From NCBI RefSeq assembly GCF_964355755.1, contig NC_092680.1, positions 10,354,001-10,418,000 of the forward strand: DNA of 64,000 bases, given 5' to 3'. The position numbers were made by a program, and so were the translations under genes. The notes beneath the pieces are model-generated. The model had not been told where the DNA came from. It was given only the letters and a program-made list of their open reading frames with translations, and searched no databases. Source of the DNA: Antedon mediterranea (Eukaryota; Animalia; Echinodermata). Position 1 is the stretch's first letter. Each line of letters starts with the position of its first letter. Of the stretch, positions 34,353 through 47,872 are shown one piece after another.

Positions 34353-37300
34353 CTAAACTCTTGACAAAGCGTCAGCTACAACGTTGTCTTTTCCTCTGAT
34401 ATGATGAATTTCCAGATTCATTTCTTGAACTGCTAAGCTCCATCTCAACAGGCGTTGATTCTTGTCCTTCATTCTTGCCAAGAACGTTAATGGGTTGTGG
34501 TCAGTCCAAACTACAATTGGAAACGGGGTAGATCCAAGATACACTTCAAAGTGCTTTAACGCTGACATCAAAGCCAATGTCTCCTTCTCAACAGTAGAAT
34601 AACGTTTCTCATGCTGGTTGAATTTTCTTGAGTAGAAACACACAGGCTTGTCAACACCATTCTCGTCTGTTTGCGCCAACACAGCACCAGAACCTACATC
34701 ACTGGCATCAATCATCAACGAGAACTGTTTATCAAATTGTGGAGCCATCAACACCGGTTCGTTTGATAACATCGCTTTAACTTTAATGAACGCATTATTG
34801 CATTCCTCCAACCACACAAAGCTCGCATTCTTTTTCAGCAGATTCGTTAATGGAGCTACAAGCGTTGAGAAACTTCTGCAAAAACGTCGATAAAACCCAG
34901 CCATTCCCAGGAACCGCATTAACTCCTGCTAACTCTTTGGAACTGGGAAATCACAGACTGCCTTAATCTTAGCACTTAATGGTTTCACTTTTCCGCAACC
35001 AACTTTATGACCTAAGAACACAATTTCTGCACAGGAAAACTCGCTTTTCACCAAATTTACTGTCAACTTCGCAGCTGTCAACCAGTCAAACAATGCCTTA
35101 ATTCTCTGCACATGCACATCCCATGTATCACTATAAACAACCAAATCGTCTATATAAGCTTCACAGCCCTCCAACCCTGAAATTATACCATTAACCAATC
35201 TCTGGAACGTGGCTGGTGCATTCTTTAAACCGAAAGGCATGACTTTATACTGATAAAGACCCATGGGAGTTACAAAACCTGACACTTCTTTCGCACGCTC
35301 TGTTAAAGGAATTTGCCAGTAACCCTTTAGAAGATCAAATTTACTGACAAACTTAGCACTACCCACACGATCAATACAGTCATCTATCCTCGGTATGGGA
35401 TATGAATCTGTAGTAGATTTGGCATTAACCTTCCGATAATCAGTACAAAAACGATAAGATTTATCTGGCTTCGGAACTAATATACATGGAGAACTCCAAG
35501 CACTGCAACTAGGCTCGATTATATCATTCTTAATCATGTATTAAATCAATCTCATTTTGTAATATCTTCATCTTGAACGAATTTGCTCTATATGGATTTT
35601 GTTTTATTGGTGAACAATCAGCTGTCTTAACATCATGCTCCACTAAGTTCGTTCGACCTGGAACATCCGAAAACAACTGCAGATTTCCAAATATCAAACT
35701 AACAAATTCAACCTTACGATCACGAGATAAATGACCAACTTTCTCTTCAATGTTTGCAAGAACATCTGAATTACTGAACTTAACACATGTATCAGGATCA
35801 CCAAACTCTTCAGAATTCTCTTCAACAACACACGCAACTGGTGTTGACGTACAGGTATCACTATTATTTCTCACTGTGTATGGTTTCAACATGTTTATAT
35901 GACACAGTCGCTTCTTCTTACGCCTATCTGGAGTATCTAACACATAGTTAACTTCTCCTACTCTTTCTAATACTTTGTAAGGACCAGCAAATATGGCAGA
36001 TAATGGTTGACTGGGAAGAGGCAACATAACTAACACTTCATCACCTGAACTAAAGCTTCTCTTTTCTGATTTCCTATCAAACAATCTCTTCATTTTACCC
36101 TGAGCCTTCACAAGATTCTTTCTAGCCATCTCACGAGCACGATTTAATCGATCACGAAATTCAGACACATAATCTAGTATCGATACAGACTCTTCTGCAT
36201 TCCCTAACAGCCTTTCTTTGACTATTTTAAGAGGGCCTCGGACCGAATGACCATACACCAACTCAAATGGGCTAAACCCTAAGGACTCTTGCACTGTTTC
36301 ACGAACAGCGAATAACAATAAGGGAACTTCCTCATCCCATTCCTTTTCACATTGAAAACAATAGGTTTTAAGCATATTCTTAAGTGTTTGATGAAATCTC
36401 TCAAGTGCCCCTTGAGACTGTGGATGGCAAGCACTTGAACTTATATGGGCAACACCTAACTGCTCTAAGACTTGTTTAAATATCTTTGACATGAAGTTTG
36501 ATCTTTGATCGGACTGAACAGCTTTAGGCAATCCTACCCATGTAAAGAATTTCACCAATGCTTTAACAACATTCTTAGCTGTAATACGCCTAAGAGGAAT
36601 TGCTTCTGGAAACCTACTTGATGCACACATTATTGTTAATAGATACTCATTTCCATTTTTAGTACGTGGTAATGGTCCCACACAATCAACAATAACCCTT
36701 GAAAATGGTTCACCGAATGCAGGAATAGGCTTAAGTGGGGCTACTGGAACCTTTGATTAGGCTTCCCCACTACCTGACACGCATGACAGGATTTACAATA
36801 GTTAGACACATCTTTTCTAAGACTTGGCCAAAAGAAATGCCTGAGAATTTTGTCTACCGTTTTATTGACACCTAAATGCCCTGAAAGAGGATCATCATGC
36901 GCAATACCAATAATATCCTGATGGTATCCACTAGGAATAACTATCTGGTGAATCTCATTCCAAAAATCACTACTTGGAATATCTGGTGGCCTCCACTTAC
37001 GCATAAGTATGCCATCCTTTATATAATAACAAACAGGAACAATAGACATTTCCTCTACAGAAAGAGCTTTCTGACCAAATGACACCAAATCAGGATCTTT
37101 ACTCTGCTCTTCCACTAACCTGGACCGATTGAGAACTGTCGGACCGAAATCACACACTTTTGGGTGCTGTTGTTCAGCCTGGGCAGTGTGTGACTCGGTA
37201 CCTGAGCAGACAGCCTCTTGGGAAACGCGATCCGTAATGTCTCCGTAAAAACTATCACATAAGTCAATACTCTCATCCTCATCTATGGTTATATTTGCCA

Positions 37301-38921
37301 TAGATCGCGTCACCGCACATGATGGAAACACATGTGATAATTCTTTCTCTAAACACACCGTGCTTTCGTCTTCAACAGGACTCTTGCACACAACCGGTTC
37401 TACTGTCACTCTGTCTCCGGCCAAATCATTCCCCAAAAGGAGTGTGACACCCCATACTGGAAGACTCGGAACGACACCGACAACAAAATCTCCGCTAACA
37501 ATATCTGTTTCAATCCGAATTACATGAAGTGGGACTTCCTTATAACCCCCTTCAACACCTTGAATGAACACACTTGCTCCAGCAGAAGACTCGTTTGAAA
37601 ATGACAATGCCGATTCTATTATCAGGGATTGTGACGCCCCTGTGTCTCTTAAGACACGAACTTTACTCAGATTCATATCGTTGATCAATGCTACAGAACC
37701 AGTAGAGAGGAAAGGCTTAAATAGCTTTCGCACTTTTTCCGGACCTGAAGATTGGATCAACTTCTCACATTCATCAACGTCATGACTCGCTTTCACTTTC
37801 AACGGGACTGTATTTACTAACGTGTTTGGAAGTGATTGGGGTTTCTTATTATCCCCTTTAGATTTGCTTTGAAACAGCCAGCAATCTGCCTTTATATGAC
37901 CCTTTTTCTTGCAGTAAAAACAAGTTCTGACAAATTTACTACTACTATTAACTGTAGTTTTCTGACTTTGGACCTTAGAATCATCAACAGATTTGGAAAC
38001 CGATTTGGTATCCACCACCTTGTGCGTGAGCACATAATTATCGGCAACAGAAGCCGCTTTCATTAAATTATCAACTTTCTGCTCCTCCAGATGTGTACGA
38101 ACTTCAGTAGGGGAACAAGATTTAAACTCCTCAACTAACATAAGCTCACGAAGCTTTCCAAATTCACCCTTTACTCCTTCCGAACTACACCATCTATCAA
38201 AAAGAATCTGCTTCTTACGTGCAAATTCTGTAAAAGTTTGATCATAAGGTTTACCTAAGTTCCTAAATTTCTGACGATACGCCTCTGGAACTAACTCATA
38301 AGCTGACAAAACAGCAGTTTTAACCGCATCATAGCTTTCACATTGATCATCAGCCAATGCAGAAAATACCTCTTGGGCTTTACCCACAAGAGCAGTTTGT
38401 AACAACACAGTCCAGTGTCTAGCAGGCCACTTTAATCTATTAGCAATTTTCTCAAAAGCTAAAAAATATGTCTCTACCTCGTCCTCATTAAACTTGGGAA
38501 CCCATTTAATATTCTGAGTAATCTCTGAATCATTAGGTGTAGAAACCCGTGTGTGACCCATTTGGTTAGCTAATTCTAATTTCCTTAACTCAAATTCATG
38601 TTTTTCTTTTTCCATTTCTTTTTGAGTTTGCATCTCTATTTTTCTTCTTTCAAAAATCAATTTTTCACGTTCCAACTCAATTCTAGCCAACTCGACCTCA
38701 TTCCCCGCAGTTTTTACGGATTCATGAGTAATTAAACCAACATGATTTCCAATCACATTTATCAAGTCATATTTATTCATGGAATCATTTATAGATGCTC
38801 CAACCCTAGTACCTAGGAGTCGCAAACGCTCCTCTGATAGCTGAGCTACCACCTCAATGGACATGCTATCCAAAAATTCCTCGTCAAAATCACTTTCTGA
38901 CATAGTTTCTATTTGAAACAA
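34353..38921 (-). pseudogene. Gypsy gag-pol polyprotein broken into 4 ORFs
   Basis: SCAN-like capsid (VPEAYRQKFR), CFYCKKKGHIKADC, LRDTGAS protease, HHCC zinc finger and rve core (SDQ..ERFHQTLK), RT YIDD, RNase H IDASD/TDH/ADALSR. Confidence 0.92.
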
Positions 38922-39261
38922 ACAAACTAAAACACAGGTTTAAATAATAACCAATATGACGATAATTAAGGCACCAGTAATAAATTACCTGCCAAGCCCA
39001 CACAGTATTAAACCTACCGTGCGCCGTGGTCTCAATAACTAGACCCCTAAAATCAAAGCCAAACCGACTTCTACTATCACAACAGGCAAGCCTACACAAG
39101 CCTAAAACAACAACACAGTGTACTGGCTCGACGACCGCCAAACCTCGTTCGTTATAAAACGCCTCTAAACTTAAAACCAGCTTAGAATAAGTAACTAAAA
39201 TTACCATCAGTTCGATCTACAACTACAATTCCGCACTTTGTTCACGGATGACCCCCCAATT

Positions 39262-39394
39262 TGTTACGGGCTCGCTCGTTAGGCTGAAACCAACAATAAG
39301 AACATAACAAAACAAGTTGTAGTTGTCGTCCATCTTTATTCCTCTCTTCTCTTTTACTCTAGAGGGCTCACTTCTGTGTGACAAACCCATCACA
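39262..39394 (-). repeat. 5' LTR of the Gypsy element
   Basis: Followed on the minus strand by the PBS-like sequence. Confidence 0.95.
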
Positions 39395-42300
39395 CAACTA
39401 ATATTAAAGAAAACAGGAACTTTCCTGCAAGTTGGTTCAGGTAAATATAATTTAATTTTTATATTTTTATATATTTAATGTAATTTAAACTATTAAACAA
39501 AAACCTGTAAGTAAATGTTTTTACGATTTTTATCAGGTATCTGTTCAACTTGCCGTAAGATGCTGAAGTCATTGTTACCTGTAACCTCGAACACTGAAAC
39601 AAATAACCCTAGTCTCGTCGATCAGATGAGCGCACTAACAACTGTAAGTTAAAAAATACCGTACAGTATGACATTTATGAATACGCATTTATTGGCGGAA
39701 AGATTAAGTAAATAATGTGTTTCATGTTACTTTGTTCATTTTATTTCGTATGTTGGTGGTAGGAGGAATATTTTCTGCATTCCCTGCCATTGTCATCATC
39801 ATTTTATATATATCACGAATCAGTGCGTCAATAATTGAATCAAAGTCAGTAGTAATTTTTTACCAATATTATTTTTATTTTCAGGAAAGTAATAAGGATG
39901 AGTTCTACATGCCATTAGCCACTCCAACTTGTCAAGCACCGGCGTGTGATGTTATGGATACTCAAATGAGCCTATATCAATTTTGTGATCCAACTTTTGC
40001 TTCAACTACCTCAGAAGATGAATCAATTCAATCTACACCAAGAGAAAAATTAAATGCATTTCTCAATTCAAGGGACGTCAGTCCAATTAGATATCCTTTA
40101 TCTGCACCGCTGGAGCAAGTTTCAGACCTTACTAAACGTTTCCACATGCGCAAGGCTCGTCAAGTTGTCTCTATGTGCCTGGAAGAAATCGCACCTGGTC
40201 AGTCGACTACTCTACTTGAAGGCTTATCAAGTGATAAAACCACAGAAGCTGACGAAAGAACCGATTCTTCTCTATTAGATGCTCTATCAGAATGCTATCT
40301 TCATACTAACCACTGGAATACAAGACGTCAGATTTTATCGATCATGGTTGATAAGGTTACCTTCAAGGAACTGCAGAAATGGATACCTAACTTGACTAGA
40401 TACCGTTTTAACGTGGCCAAACACCATTTATTGTTACATGGTAGAGGTTCTGTAATTCAACCTCTAAAGAACACTAGAGTATGCGTACAGCCAGGGAAAA
40501 TTGACCACTTTGTTACCTTTATAACAAGTTTTCAAGTTATACAAGACTTGCCATTTGGAGAAAAAACTCTAAAACTTTCTACAGACAGAGTTATAAAAAT
40601 CCCAAATGTTGTGCCTTATCTTATCCCAGAACAATGTATTCTTCAATACGAGAGTTACTGTCAAGAGAAGAATTTTCAACCTATGAGCCGCAGTACATTG
40701 CGTAGAGTTCTCAGCGTTTGTTCTGCTTCTGTACGCAAATCCTTACAGGGCCTTGATTATATCTCTGCCAATGGTGGAAAAGCCTTCGATGACCTGGAGA
40801 ACATCGTTGATAAGCTGGGAGATTGCTATGAAATGGGTTTGACTTGGGCCAAACAAAAAAACCAAAAACTTAAAGATGCCAAGCGCTACCTAAAAGGTGA
40901 CTATAAGGTAATAACAATCTTGTTTAAATATCTTGATAACTGCTACAGTATAAATAGAAAAACACAAAGTAGCACGTTGAATGTTGCTCAGTAAAGCATG
41001 TAAGAAACATTCAAGACTAATTATATTTTTTATACAATTCCTTTTATATATTATTGCAGATTCACATTTCTAACCATTCTGAAGTTGCCGATCATTGTAG
41101 GGCGTATGCTCTTAGTTCTTGCGAAGACAATTATTACCAGACTGTCTGTGATCATGACCACAATGCAAGATGTGACAGATGTCGTATATTTCCAGAAGCT
41201 TTGTCTGAAATTCATGAAGCTTTAAACGAAGTGCGCTGCTCTTCTGAAGAAAAAGATGACATGGAGTACGTAATTACACGGTCAGTCCAAGACATCGAGA
41301 CGTGGAAGGCGCATATCTTAAGATCCATTAACCAAGACGCTGCACGACATGATATCTTAGGAGATTTGAATCCTGGTTGTGCCCTAATTGTTTTAGACTG
41401 GGCGATGAAGTTGTTACCACGTAAATACCGCGAAAGCCAAAGAGACTGGTTTGGAAAGCGTGGACTTCCGTGGCACATAACAGTCTTGACGAAAAAGAAT
41501 AAAGATAGAGAGGTACAGATGCTTACGTTTGTGCATATTTTTTAATCTTGCACTCAGGATAGTACTACTGTTGTGGCAATCATCGACGATGTGTTGAGGC
41601 AGCTGCCATCTATTGCACCCGATATACACTTTGTGTATCTGCGTCAAGATAATGCAGGATGCTACCACTCTGCCATAACATTACTCTCGTTACCAAAGAT
41701 AGCGAAAGAAACGAAGATCAAAATCCGACGTATTGATTTTTTGGACCCTCAAGGGGGGAAGGGCGCATGTGACCGCAAGGCAGCCCATATCAAAAATCAC
41801 ATGAATAAATATCTTAATTCAGGAAAAGATATTGAAAATCCAGAGCAGATGAAGGCAGCAATTGAGTCCTTTGGAGGCATTCCTGGAGTGAAAGTCATAG
41901 TTTGTGCTTTACCTACTGGTACTATTTGTGCAGCAGGGAAATGGAAAGGTGTGAGTCACATCAACAACATAGAGTACGGAAGCAGGTCCATGAAGGTGTG
42001 GATGGCGTATGGTATTGGTGCAGGACAAAATCTACTTTTTGAGTAAATTTTGTGTGCCCTCGAAACTACCCAATTTAATTCATAACAAAGATACAACGTC
42101 TGATCAAAATCAAGTATCATTTATTACAGTAAAAGCAAGAATACAAGCCAAGACATCTCATGAAGAACAAGCTGATATAAATGACGACGACCAAATAGAA
42201 AGTGAAGAAAGTCCTGGCAACCCCAGCAAACTGTTCTTTTGTCGCGAACAAGGTTGCATTAGGTCATATCAGAGGTACTCTTCCCTAGAGAAACACTTAG

Positions 42301-43221
42301 ATTACGAAAATCACAAGAACGCACTAGAACATGAAACACTATATGACAGGGCAATGAAATTATACGCAACACAACTAGAAGAGGGTACTTCTAAAAATCC
42401 AGAACCAACAAGAACCAACGATTTGCCACGGTTTGACATTGGCCCCGACCTGCAAATGGGCTGGGCGCTAAAGTCCTCTGCAAAAAAACCCGATTTTCTG
42501 TTCCACAGAAAACCTACCTTATTGATGTTTTTGACGCTGGAGAGCCAGAAAGCTGATCCATGTGATGTCTCACGAGAGATGAGATCGGCCAGGCACAGCG
42601 ATGGTTCACATCTATTTAGCAAGAGTGAATTTTTAACAGCACAGCAGATTGCAAGTTTTTTCTCACGCTTAGCTAAAAAAAGGAGGACAGATGCAGCCGT
42701 TCATGATGATGATGACGAAGATGATGATTACGATAGTAATGAAGATGGTGACGAAGTCGAAGAAAATGGAGACGATTCAAAAACGGAAAAAGAAAGAGAA
42801 ATTCAACTTTTGTCGCAAACCGTACTGGACACAATAGGCTTGCAGCATCCAATAATGTTTGAAAGGCATAATATATGTGAACTGAAAGCTCAAGAAAAAC
42901 TCTCCAGATTCTCTTTGTCAGTGTTGCAAGAAATGCGTACTTCTCTTGAACTTGATACCACAGATATAACCATAAAGCGCAAGAAGCCATACATTGATTT
43001 GTTGGGAAAGCTGGTTTCCACGTGCAGTTGCTCGATTGATTAAGGTAGCAACGAAGGTAGAACTGTGTCTGTGAGAATTCTTTAAAATAACAATTTAATA
43101 TGTGGGACGATTCTGTTGTCTAAATTGTTAGTATTTTAAGTCGCGTTCTGTAAATTTGTAATAAAGCGAAGGGGTGTAACAATGGTAAAACAATAATTTA
43201 TTGTTTAGGCTACAAATTATT

Positions 43222-43620
43222 AGAACATTTCGCACGAGCACATGAACGTTAACGGTTGTCACCATTCTACTCATTTGCATAACAACAGAGTTCAGCAAAC
43301 ATTTGCGTTAACGTACTTGCTCGTTTTGATTTTGCGCTTCGACGGGAAGTGTAGAACGCAACACATGTGTAGCGCACGCAACATACGCAACAAGTATTAA
43401 AATAAATCATGGAATACCTTGGGTTTAGAGACTAAGCCTAGCCAGGCATGTTTAATCATGTTTTGGTTAACGTTTTTCATTGACGCTATTTTTCAGAAAT
43501 AAGGTTATCGACGCACGTAACTAAAGTTTTTCGTAATGCTTGCGCACGTACAGATCAAGTTGTTTACAAAGTGGGCGGAGCTTGCAAAATAGCGTTAACG
43601 TGCTCGTGCGAAAACTCCCT
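43222..43620. mobile_element. Small MITE inside the Sola3-like element
   Basis: TTTCGCACGAGCAC(ATGAAC)GTTAACG is inverted with CGTTAACGTGCTCGTGCGAAA. Confidence 0.6.
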
Positions 43621-43649
43621 ATATGAGAAGATAAGAACATTATGTTGTA

Positions 43650-43822
43650 AAGCCTGTTTTCCACTAGGCAAAATTATTCGCGCAAATCAAACATTTTCGC
43701 GTATACGCGCACGCCCAATGGAACACTTTGTTGATAAAAATAAACTGTGCATGCGCGCGTATAGTGCAAAAAATGTTCAATTCGCGCGAATAAATTCACC
43801 TTGTGGAAAACATAACAGGCTT
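43650..43822. mobile_element. ~170-bp palindromic MITE (Harbinger-like) inside the Sola3-like element
   Basis: AAGCCTGTTTTCCACTAGGC..TATTCGCGC is inverted with GCGCGAATA..CCTTGTGGAAAAC..CAGGCTT. Confidence 0.65.
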
Positions 43823-44582
43823 GATGAAGCTAAGCGAGTTATAATGTTGAGCTCAGATAGTAAATGCTTAATTTCATCATGGGTTAGTCGTTTAAATTTT
43901 ACTAGAAATATATTTTTAGTTTGTGTTTATATGAAAACGTGATTCCAAATTATTCAGGACCTTTCAGTTTATCTTTAAAGTTTGTTTCTCTTAGTAAAAT
44001 TTACCTTAAATCTGTAAATAGAAAACAATAGGTACATCTGATTGATCTTGCCGACAGATAAAATCTTTGAATTTCTTCGGAGCGCAAAATAGTTTCCCCA
44101 AATTTTTTTTACTTGATTCATAAATATTAGTATCTAAACTTTAGATTGATCATTTTTTTATTAAAAAAAAATTCGTCGCACATGAAAAAAAAATGCGTTT
44201 GTTTTTACCCTACTTTTTATGAGTTTTATATATGCTAATTTGTAATTAATTAGTAAAAATCTTAGAATTTCATCAAATTTTTTGAAACTTCACTAAATTA
44301 TTTTCAAGATGCTAGTTAACATAAGTGTAAAATATTAAAACGCTAGGTAGCTACGTTTGGCTTCCAGAGGCTGTTAAACTTAATGTAAATTATACACCAA
44401 AAATTAACAAAATTGGCCGAAAATTGTTATTTTTCGATTTTCTCGAAAACTAAGCGATATTTTACCAAACAAACTACACATCAGGTTTACTTACATCAAG
44501 GTCTACCAATGTGCAAAATATGAGCCAATTCGACATTTTGACCCTTGCCACTAAATTACGAATATGTCTGATTTTTGGTGAC

Positions 44583-46217
44583 AAGCACTTTGGTGTTTTT
44601 GTGTAACCAAGTTTCATCGAAATGCACAAAATGGTCTAAAACGTCTCCAAATGGGATTTGAAGCTATTTTGTACATTATGATGTTTTGGGTGAAAAAGTT
44701 TTATCGAAATGCTCAAAATGGTCTAAAACGTCTCCAAATGCGATTTGAAGCTATTTTGTACAATTTGATGTTTTTGTGTGAAAGTTTCATCGAAATAATG
44801 CACAAAATGGTCTAAAACATCTCCAAATACGATATTAAGCTATTTTGTGCACTTTGATGTTTTTGTGTGAAAAGTTTTATCGAAATGCTCAAAATGGTCT
44901 AAAACGTCTCCAAATGCGATTTGAAACTATTTTGTACAATTTGATATTTTGTGTGAAAAAGTTCTATCGAAATGCTCAAAACGGTCTGAAACGTTTCCAA
45001 ATACGATATTAAGCTATTTTGTGCACTTTGATGTTTTTGTGTGAAAAGTTTTATCGAAATGTTCAAAATGGTCTAAAACGGTTTCAAATGTGATTTTAAG
45101 CACTTTGATGTTTTTGTGTAACCAAGTTTCATCTAAATGTACAAAATGGTCTAATACATCTCCAAGGGCGATTTGAAGCTATTTTGTACATTTTGATGTT
45201 TTGTCTTTAAAAGTTTTATCGAAATGGTCGAAAACGTCTCTAAATGCGATATTAAGCTATTTTGTGCACTTTGATGTTTTTGTGTAAAAAGTTTTATCGA
45301 AATGTTCATAATGGTCTAAAACGGTTTCAAATTTGATTTTAAGCACTTTGATGTTTTTGTGTAACCAAGTTTCATCGAAATGCACAAAATGGTCTGAAAC
45401 GTTTCCAAATACGATATTAAGCTATTTTGTGCACTTTGATGTTTTTGTGTGAAAAGTTTCATCGAAATGCACAAAATGGTCTAAAACGTATCCAAATGCG
45501 ATTTGAAGCTATTTTGTACATTATGATGTTTTGTGTAAAACAGTTTTATCGAAATGCTCAAAATGGTCTAAAACGTCTCCAAATGCGATTTGAAGCTATT
45601 TTGTACAATTTGATGTTTTCTGTGAAAAGTTTTGTAAAAATGCTCAAAATGGTCTAAAACGGTTTCAAATGTGATTTTAAGCACTTTGATGTTTTTGTGT
45701 AACCAAGTTTCATCGAAATGCACAAAATGGTCTAAAACGTCTCCAAATACCATTTTAAGCTATTTTGTGCACTTTGATGTTTTGTGTGAAAAAGTGTTAA
45801 CGAAATGCTCAAAATGGTCTATAACGTCTCCAAATGCGATTTGAAGCTATTTTGTACAATTTGATGTTTTTGTGTGAAAGTTTCATCGAAATGCACAAAA
45901 TGGTCTAAAACATCTCGAAATACGATATTAAGCTATTTTGTGCACTTTGATGTTTTTGTGTGAAAAGTTTTATCGAAATGCTCAAAATGGTCTAAAACGT
46001 CCCCAAATGCGATTTGAAACTATTTTGTACAATTTGATATTTTGTGTGAATAAGTTCTATCGAAATGCTCAAAGCGGTCTGAAACGTTTCCAAATACGAT
46101 ATTAAGCTATTTTGTGCACTTTGATGTTTTTGTGTGAAAAGTTTTATCGAAATGTTCAAAATGGTCAAAAACGGTTTCAAATGTGATTTTAAGCAATTTG
46201 ATGTTTTTGTGTAACCA
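44583..46217 (+). repeat. Satellite DNA block 4
   Basis: About 19 monomers. Confidence 0.97.
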
Positions 46218-47872
46218 ATAATAATAAATGAAAACTTATATAGCGCCGGTATCCTCCACCCATGTGGCGCTCATGGCGCTTTGTGCATTAACAACGTGCG
46301 AAAACATCAGCGAATAGCGACGTCTTTAGGTTGGTCTTGAAACTGTTTAGACTAGTTGAGCATTTAACTGTTGCTGGTAAGCTGTTCCATACACTTGCGG
46401 CCGCAACGTAAAAAGATCTCTGACCCCACTGATTTTTCGCTCTACGCTCTTGAAGAAGGTTTTGTGACAATGATCGTAGGCCTCTGCGGGATGATTCGTA
46501 ACGATCCACAAGGTCAGATAAATAAGCAGGAGCACTGTCATTTAGGATCTTGAATACAAACAACGCAAGTTTGTACTTAATACGTTGTTGAACAGGCAAC
46601 CAATGCAAATCCATCAGGACAGGAGTTATGTGAGCGTTTGATTTTGTATAAGTTACAATTCTAGCTGCCATATTTTGCAAGCGCTGCAAACGTTGTATTT
46701 GAGATTTTGGTATGCCAAACAACAAGGCATTACCAATGTCAATTTTAGAAGTGACAAATGAGTGTACAATCAATTCAGCTGTTTTCTTGTTAAGATTACC
46801 GCGAATACGACCAAGGTTCCTAATCGATATGCATGCTGCTTTGGATACAGTTGTTATTTGTGCTTCCATAGTGAGATTACTATCCAGCATGATTCCCAGA
46901 TTCCGGACCACCGATGAGGGAGCGATGTTAGAGTTTCCGATTCTGATATGTGTGATGTTGATTTTGGAGATGTTACATTTAGACCCGACGATAATAAACT
47001 CTGTCTTTTCCATCATTCAACTTTAGGTAATTTGTTGTCATCCAATTGCGAACATCTTCTATACAGGCTTCCATCTTACTGATTGCTGCAGCAACATCCC
47101 TTTGCACTGGATTTACTGACACATAAATCTGTGTATCATCTGCATAGAAATGGAAATGTAGACTGTGTTTGCGAATAATGTCACCAAGGGGAAGTGTATA
47201 AATGGAAAACTGGCCAGGCCCAATTACTGACCCCTGTGGTACACCATATTCCAGGCAAGCTTCATCTGAGAATGCATCATTGATACAGACTAGCTGACGT
47301 CTTCCTGTAAGATATGACTGGAACCAGTTAAGAGCAACACCATTTATGCCAATGCGATTTCTCAGACGGGTTATCAGTCTTTGGTGATCAACTGTATCAA
47401 ACGCTGCTGACAAATCCAACAACACCAATAGCGTTATTTTCCCATCATTCATTCCTTGTAACAAATCATTCTGTACCTTTAAAAGGGAACTCTCCGTGCT
47501 ATGACATGCACGATATGCCGACTGGTAATTCTCATTTAAATTATGCTTTTGAAGATATGGAGTAATGCGTGATGTCACTACACGCTCCAGAGTCTTTCCA
47601 AGAAAAGAAAGATTCGACACCGGGCGGTAATTTTTCAGCGTGTTATGATCCAAGTTTTGCTTTTTTATTAAAGGACGAACGTGAGCAATTTTCAGTTCAT
47701 CTGGCACTATGCCGGTATTAAGAGAATGGTTAATGATTTCCGTTATTATTGGCACGACTGCGTCTATACACTTCTTCAGTATAGAAGTAGGAACTGGATC
47801 TAACCTGCATGATTTTGTTGGTGATTTCATCAGAATGTTGCGGATCTCATCTTGAGATGCTGGTGTAAATGT
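46218..47872 (-). mobile_element. L2-clade LINE, copy 2 (5'-truncated, RT plus 3' tail)
   Basis: Nearly identical to 30512-32010 in the opposite orientation. It has a 1-nt frameshift near 47008 and an intact C-terminus (HITPVLMDLHWLPVQQRIKYK). It is inserted in the satellite without a TSD. Confidence 0.93.

Larger units (their letters stand above)
33957..39394 (-). mobile_element. Full-length Gmr1-like Ty3/Gypsy LTR retrotransposon
   Basis: 133-bp TG...CA LTRs at 33957-34089 and 39262-39394; 4-bp TSD CAAC; PBS-like TGGGGGGTCATCCG resembling the tRNA-Pro complement; PPT AAGTGGGGGTG; domain order Gag-PR-IN-RT-RH. Confidence 0.95.
33563..43043 (+). pseudogene. Intron-containing DDD transposase (Sola3-like), disrupted
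   Basis: Exons: 33563-33956 joined to 39399-39440 across the Gypsy insertion, then 39537-39643, 39885-40907 and 41060-43043, with phase-compatible GT-AG introns. Motifs DWAMK..YRESQRDWFGKRG.WH, DNAGCYH, GKGACDR and a C2H2 finger. Stop at 41543; frameshifts near 42040 and 42490-42540. Confidence 0.85.
32519..44553 (+). mobile_element. Sola3-like DNA transposon with ~620-bp TIRs (32519-33160 and 43945-44553)
   Basis: Long inverted repeats begin GTGGCAAGGGTCAAAAT. The internal gene is a spliced DDD-type transposase. The insertion point coincides with the satellite's TTAA. The superfamily is inferred from long TIRs, the TTAA target and protein motifs. Confidence 0.75.

Noticed and set aside
39717-39884. 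Hydrophobic, membrane-like N-terminus of the 425-aa ORF
   Set aside because: This is read-through of an AT-rich intron; the exon starts at the acceptor at 39885.
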